DNA of 32,771 nucleotides from a virus. Each line of letters opens with the position of its first letter. Position 1 is the stretch's first letter. The stretch lies in IMG/VR virus record IMGVR_UViG_3300032167_000022. One strand, given 5' to 3'. This document shows positions 31,670 through 32,771 of this stretch, in pieces. The translations under genes were made by a program, and so were the position numbers. Under the pieces are notes generated by a model. It was not told the origin of the DNA, did no database searches, and was given only the letters and a program-made list of their open reading frames with translations.

Positions 31670-31702
31670 AGGGGTCTGATAATTCAGACCCCTTATTTTT
31701 AT
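31670..31702 (+). terminator. rho-independent terminator after the tape measure gene
   Basis: Stem aggggtctga/tcagacccct with a 4-nt loop, followed by tatttttat. Confidence 0.7.
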
Positions 31703-31719
31703 TGGACTAGATTTATTAG

Positions 31720-31748
31720 TTGACTTTAGCAAAAAATTAAGTTATAAT
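31720..31748 (+). promoter_or_regulatory. plus-strand promoter (TTGACT-17-TATAAT) for the distal tail genes
   Basis: TTGACT at 31720-31725, TATAAT at 31743-31748, spacer 17 nt. An RBS gaaaggaga and an ATG follow at 31776. Confidence 0.6.
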
Positions 31749-31775
31749 AGAATATGGAGAGAAAGGAGATTGGTT

Positions 31776-32771
31776 ATGTCAAATAAAAATCTTGGAGAAC
31801 AATTGTGTGAAGCTGTTGATATAATTGCTAAAGCAAGAGTTGGCAGTGTAGCATATGACCAAACTATTATATGTACAATAACTAATGATACTTTAAAAGA
31901 TAAAGGTCAATATAAAGTATCAAATGGTTCAGCTGAATTTGATGCTTATACTTCTAATACAGAATATCGTTCAGGAGACAATGTATATGTATCTATTCCA
32001 AGAAATGATTGGAATGAACAAAAATTTATTATAGGTAAATATACTAATAAAGATACTGGTGAATATTTTGTATATCAAAATCCTTTTAATACATTAGTTG
32101 ATATTACTGGCAATGTAATTAATGCTAATGTTCCTACTAATGAAAGTGGATTAGTAGCTAATAATCCTAATGAAGAATATATTATTTTATGGTCTTATAA
32201 TATAAATAATGAGGCTTTACGAAAAGAAAATGGTAATATTTTTAGTGGATATACTAGATTAGGATTACAAGCATCTTTTTAGTCACTTATAAATCCTTTT
32301 AGTTATAAAGAATATGAAAAAAATGATGATGGCAGTTTAAAACGCGATGAAGATGGATTATTAATAGTAAAGAATTAGGCTAATTCAAAAATTATTGATG
32401 GTGAATATGGTTTGCGGCTTCGTTTAAAAGTAACTCAAAACTAGACACTTAGTGAAGTTAAAAATGATGGTGCCGCAAATAAAGAGGTAATTTTTTATCT
32501 AAATACCGCAGATATGAATGGTAATCCATATAATTTTAATAATTTTTTCTAGCAAGAAAAAGTTTTTGATGTTTCTGAATATGAATCAATTCATTCAATT
32601 TAGATTGAATTTTATCAAATTAAAGATTCTTTCATTGATGCTTCTGGATATAAATTACCTTATTTGGATGAATGGGGAAATATAACTGCTCCAAATTTAT
32701 ATGTTAAAGATGTATATTTATGTCTTGGATATGATACTAGCGAGTTTGATGATGAAATGATTAAAGTATAT
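31776..32771 (+). CDS. distal tail protein (Dit-like) candidate, 5' partial, running off the window end; in-frame TAG present
   Basis: The ORF continues in frame 0 through TAG at 32280, 32376, 32442, 32550 and 32601. The assignment rests on its position directly after the tape measure gene. Confidence 0.4.

Overview
This window is AT-rich (about 30% GC) bacteriophage DNA organised in two opposed modules. Positions 1-4860 carry an early region on the minus strand: eight or nine small monocistronic genes, each behind a near-identical sigma70/sigmaA-type consensus promoter (TTGACA, 17-nt spacer, TGnTATAAT) and a conserved GAGG-type 5' UTR, and most end in a rho-independent hairpin. All of these genes read as complete ORFs under the standard code. 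Positions 4879-4907 hold a divergent plus-strand promoter of the same consensus. It is followed, from 4936 to the window end, by one long plus-strand structural and packaging module: terminase large subunit, portal, scaffold/protease, capsid genes, head-tail and tail genes, a major tail protein, a tail chaperone, a tape measure protein of about 3306 aa, and the start of a distal tail protein. In most of the plus-strand genes, in-frame TAG codons appear every 20-40 codons while coding periodicity, frame, ribosome-binding sites and conserved motifs continue straight through them. None of the 18 plus-strand genes ends in TAG (17 end in TAA, one in TGA). The module is therefore amber-recoded (TAG read as sense). 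A conserved terminase Q-motif and a DUF559-like G-x-Q-H motif both coincide with TAG, which points to TAG being read as Gln. The early module is compatible with the standard code, and one early gene stops at TAG. The most highly expressed structural genes (capsid, major tail, two others) contain almost no TAG. Between the modules lie an iteron cluster, an inverted-repeat/direct-repeat element, and a palindromic operator-like motif that recurs upstream of the early promoters. Strong SD sequences and sigmaA-type promoters point to a Firmicutes-type host. I found no suppressor tRNA or release-factor gene in the window.
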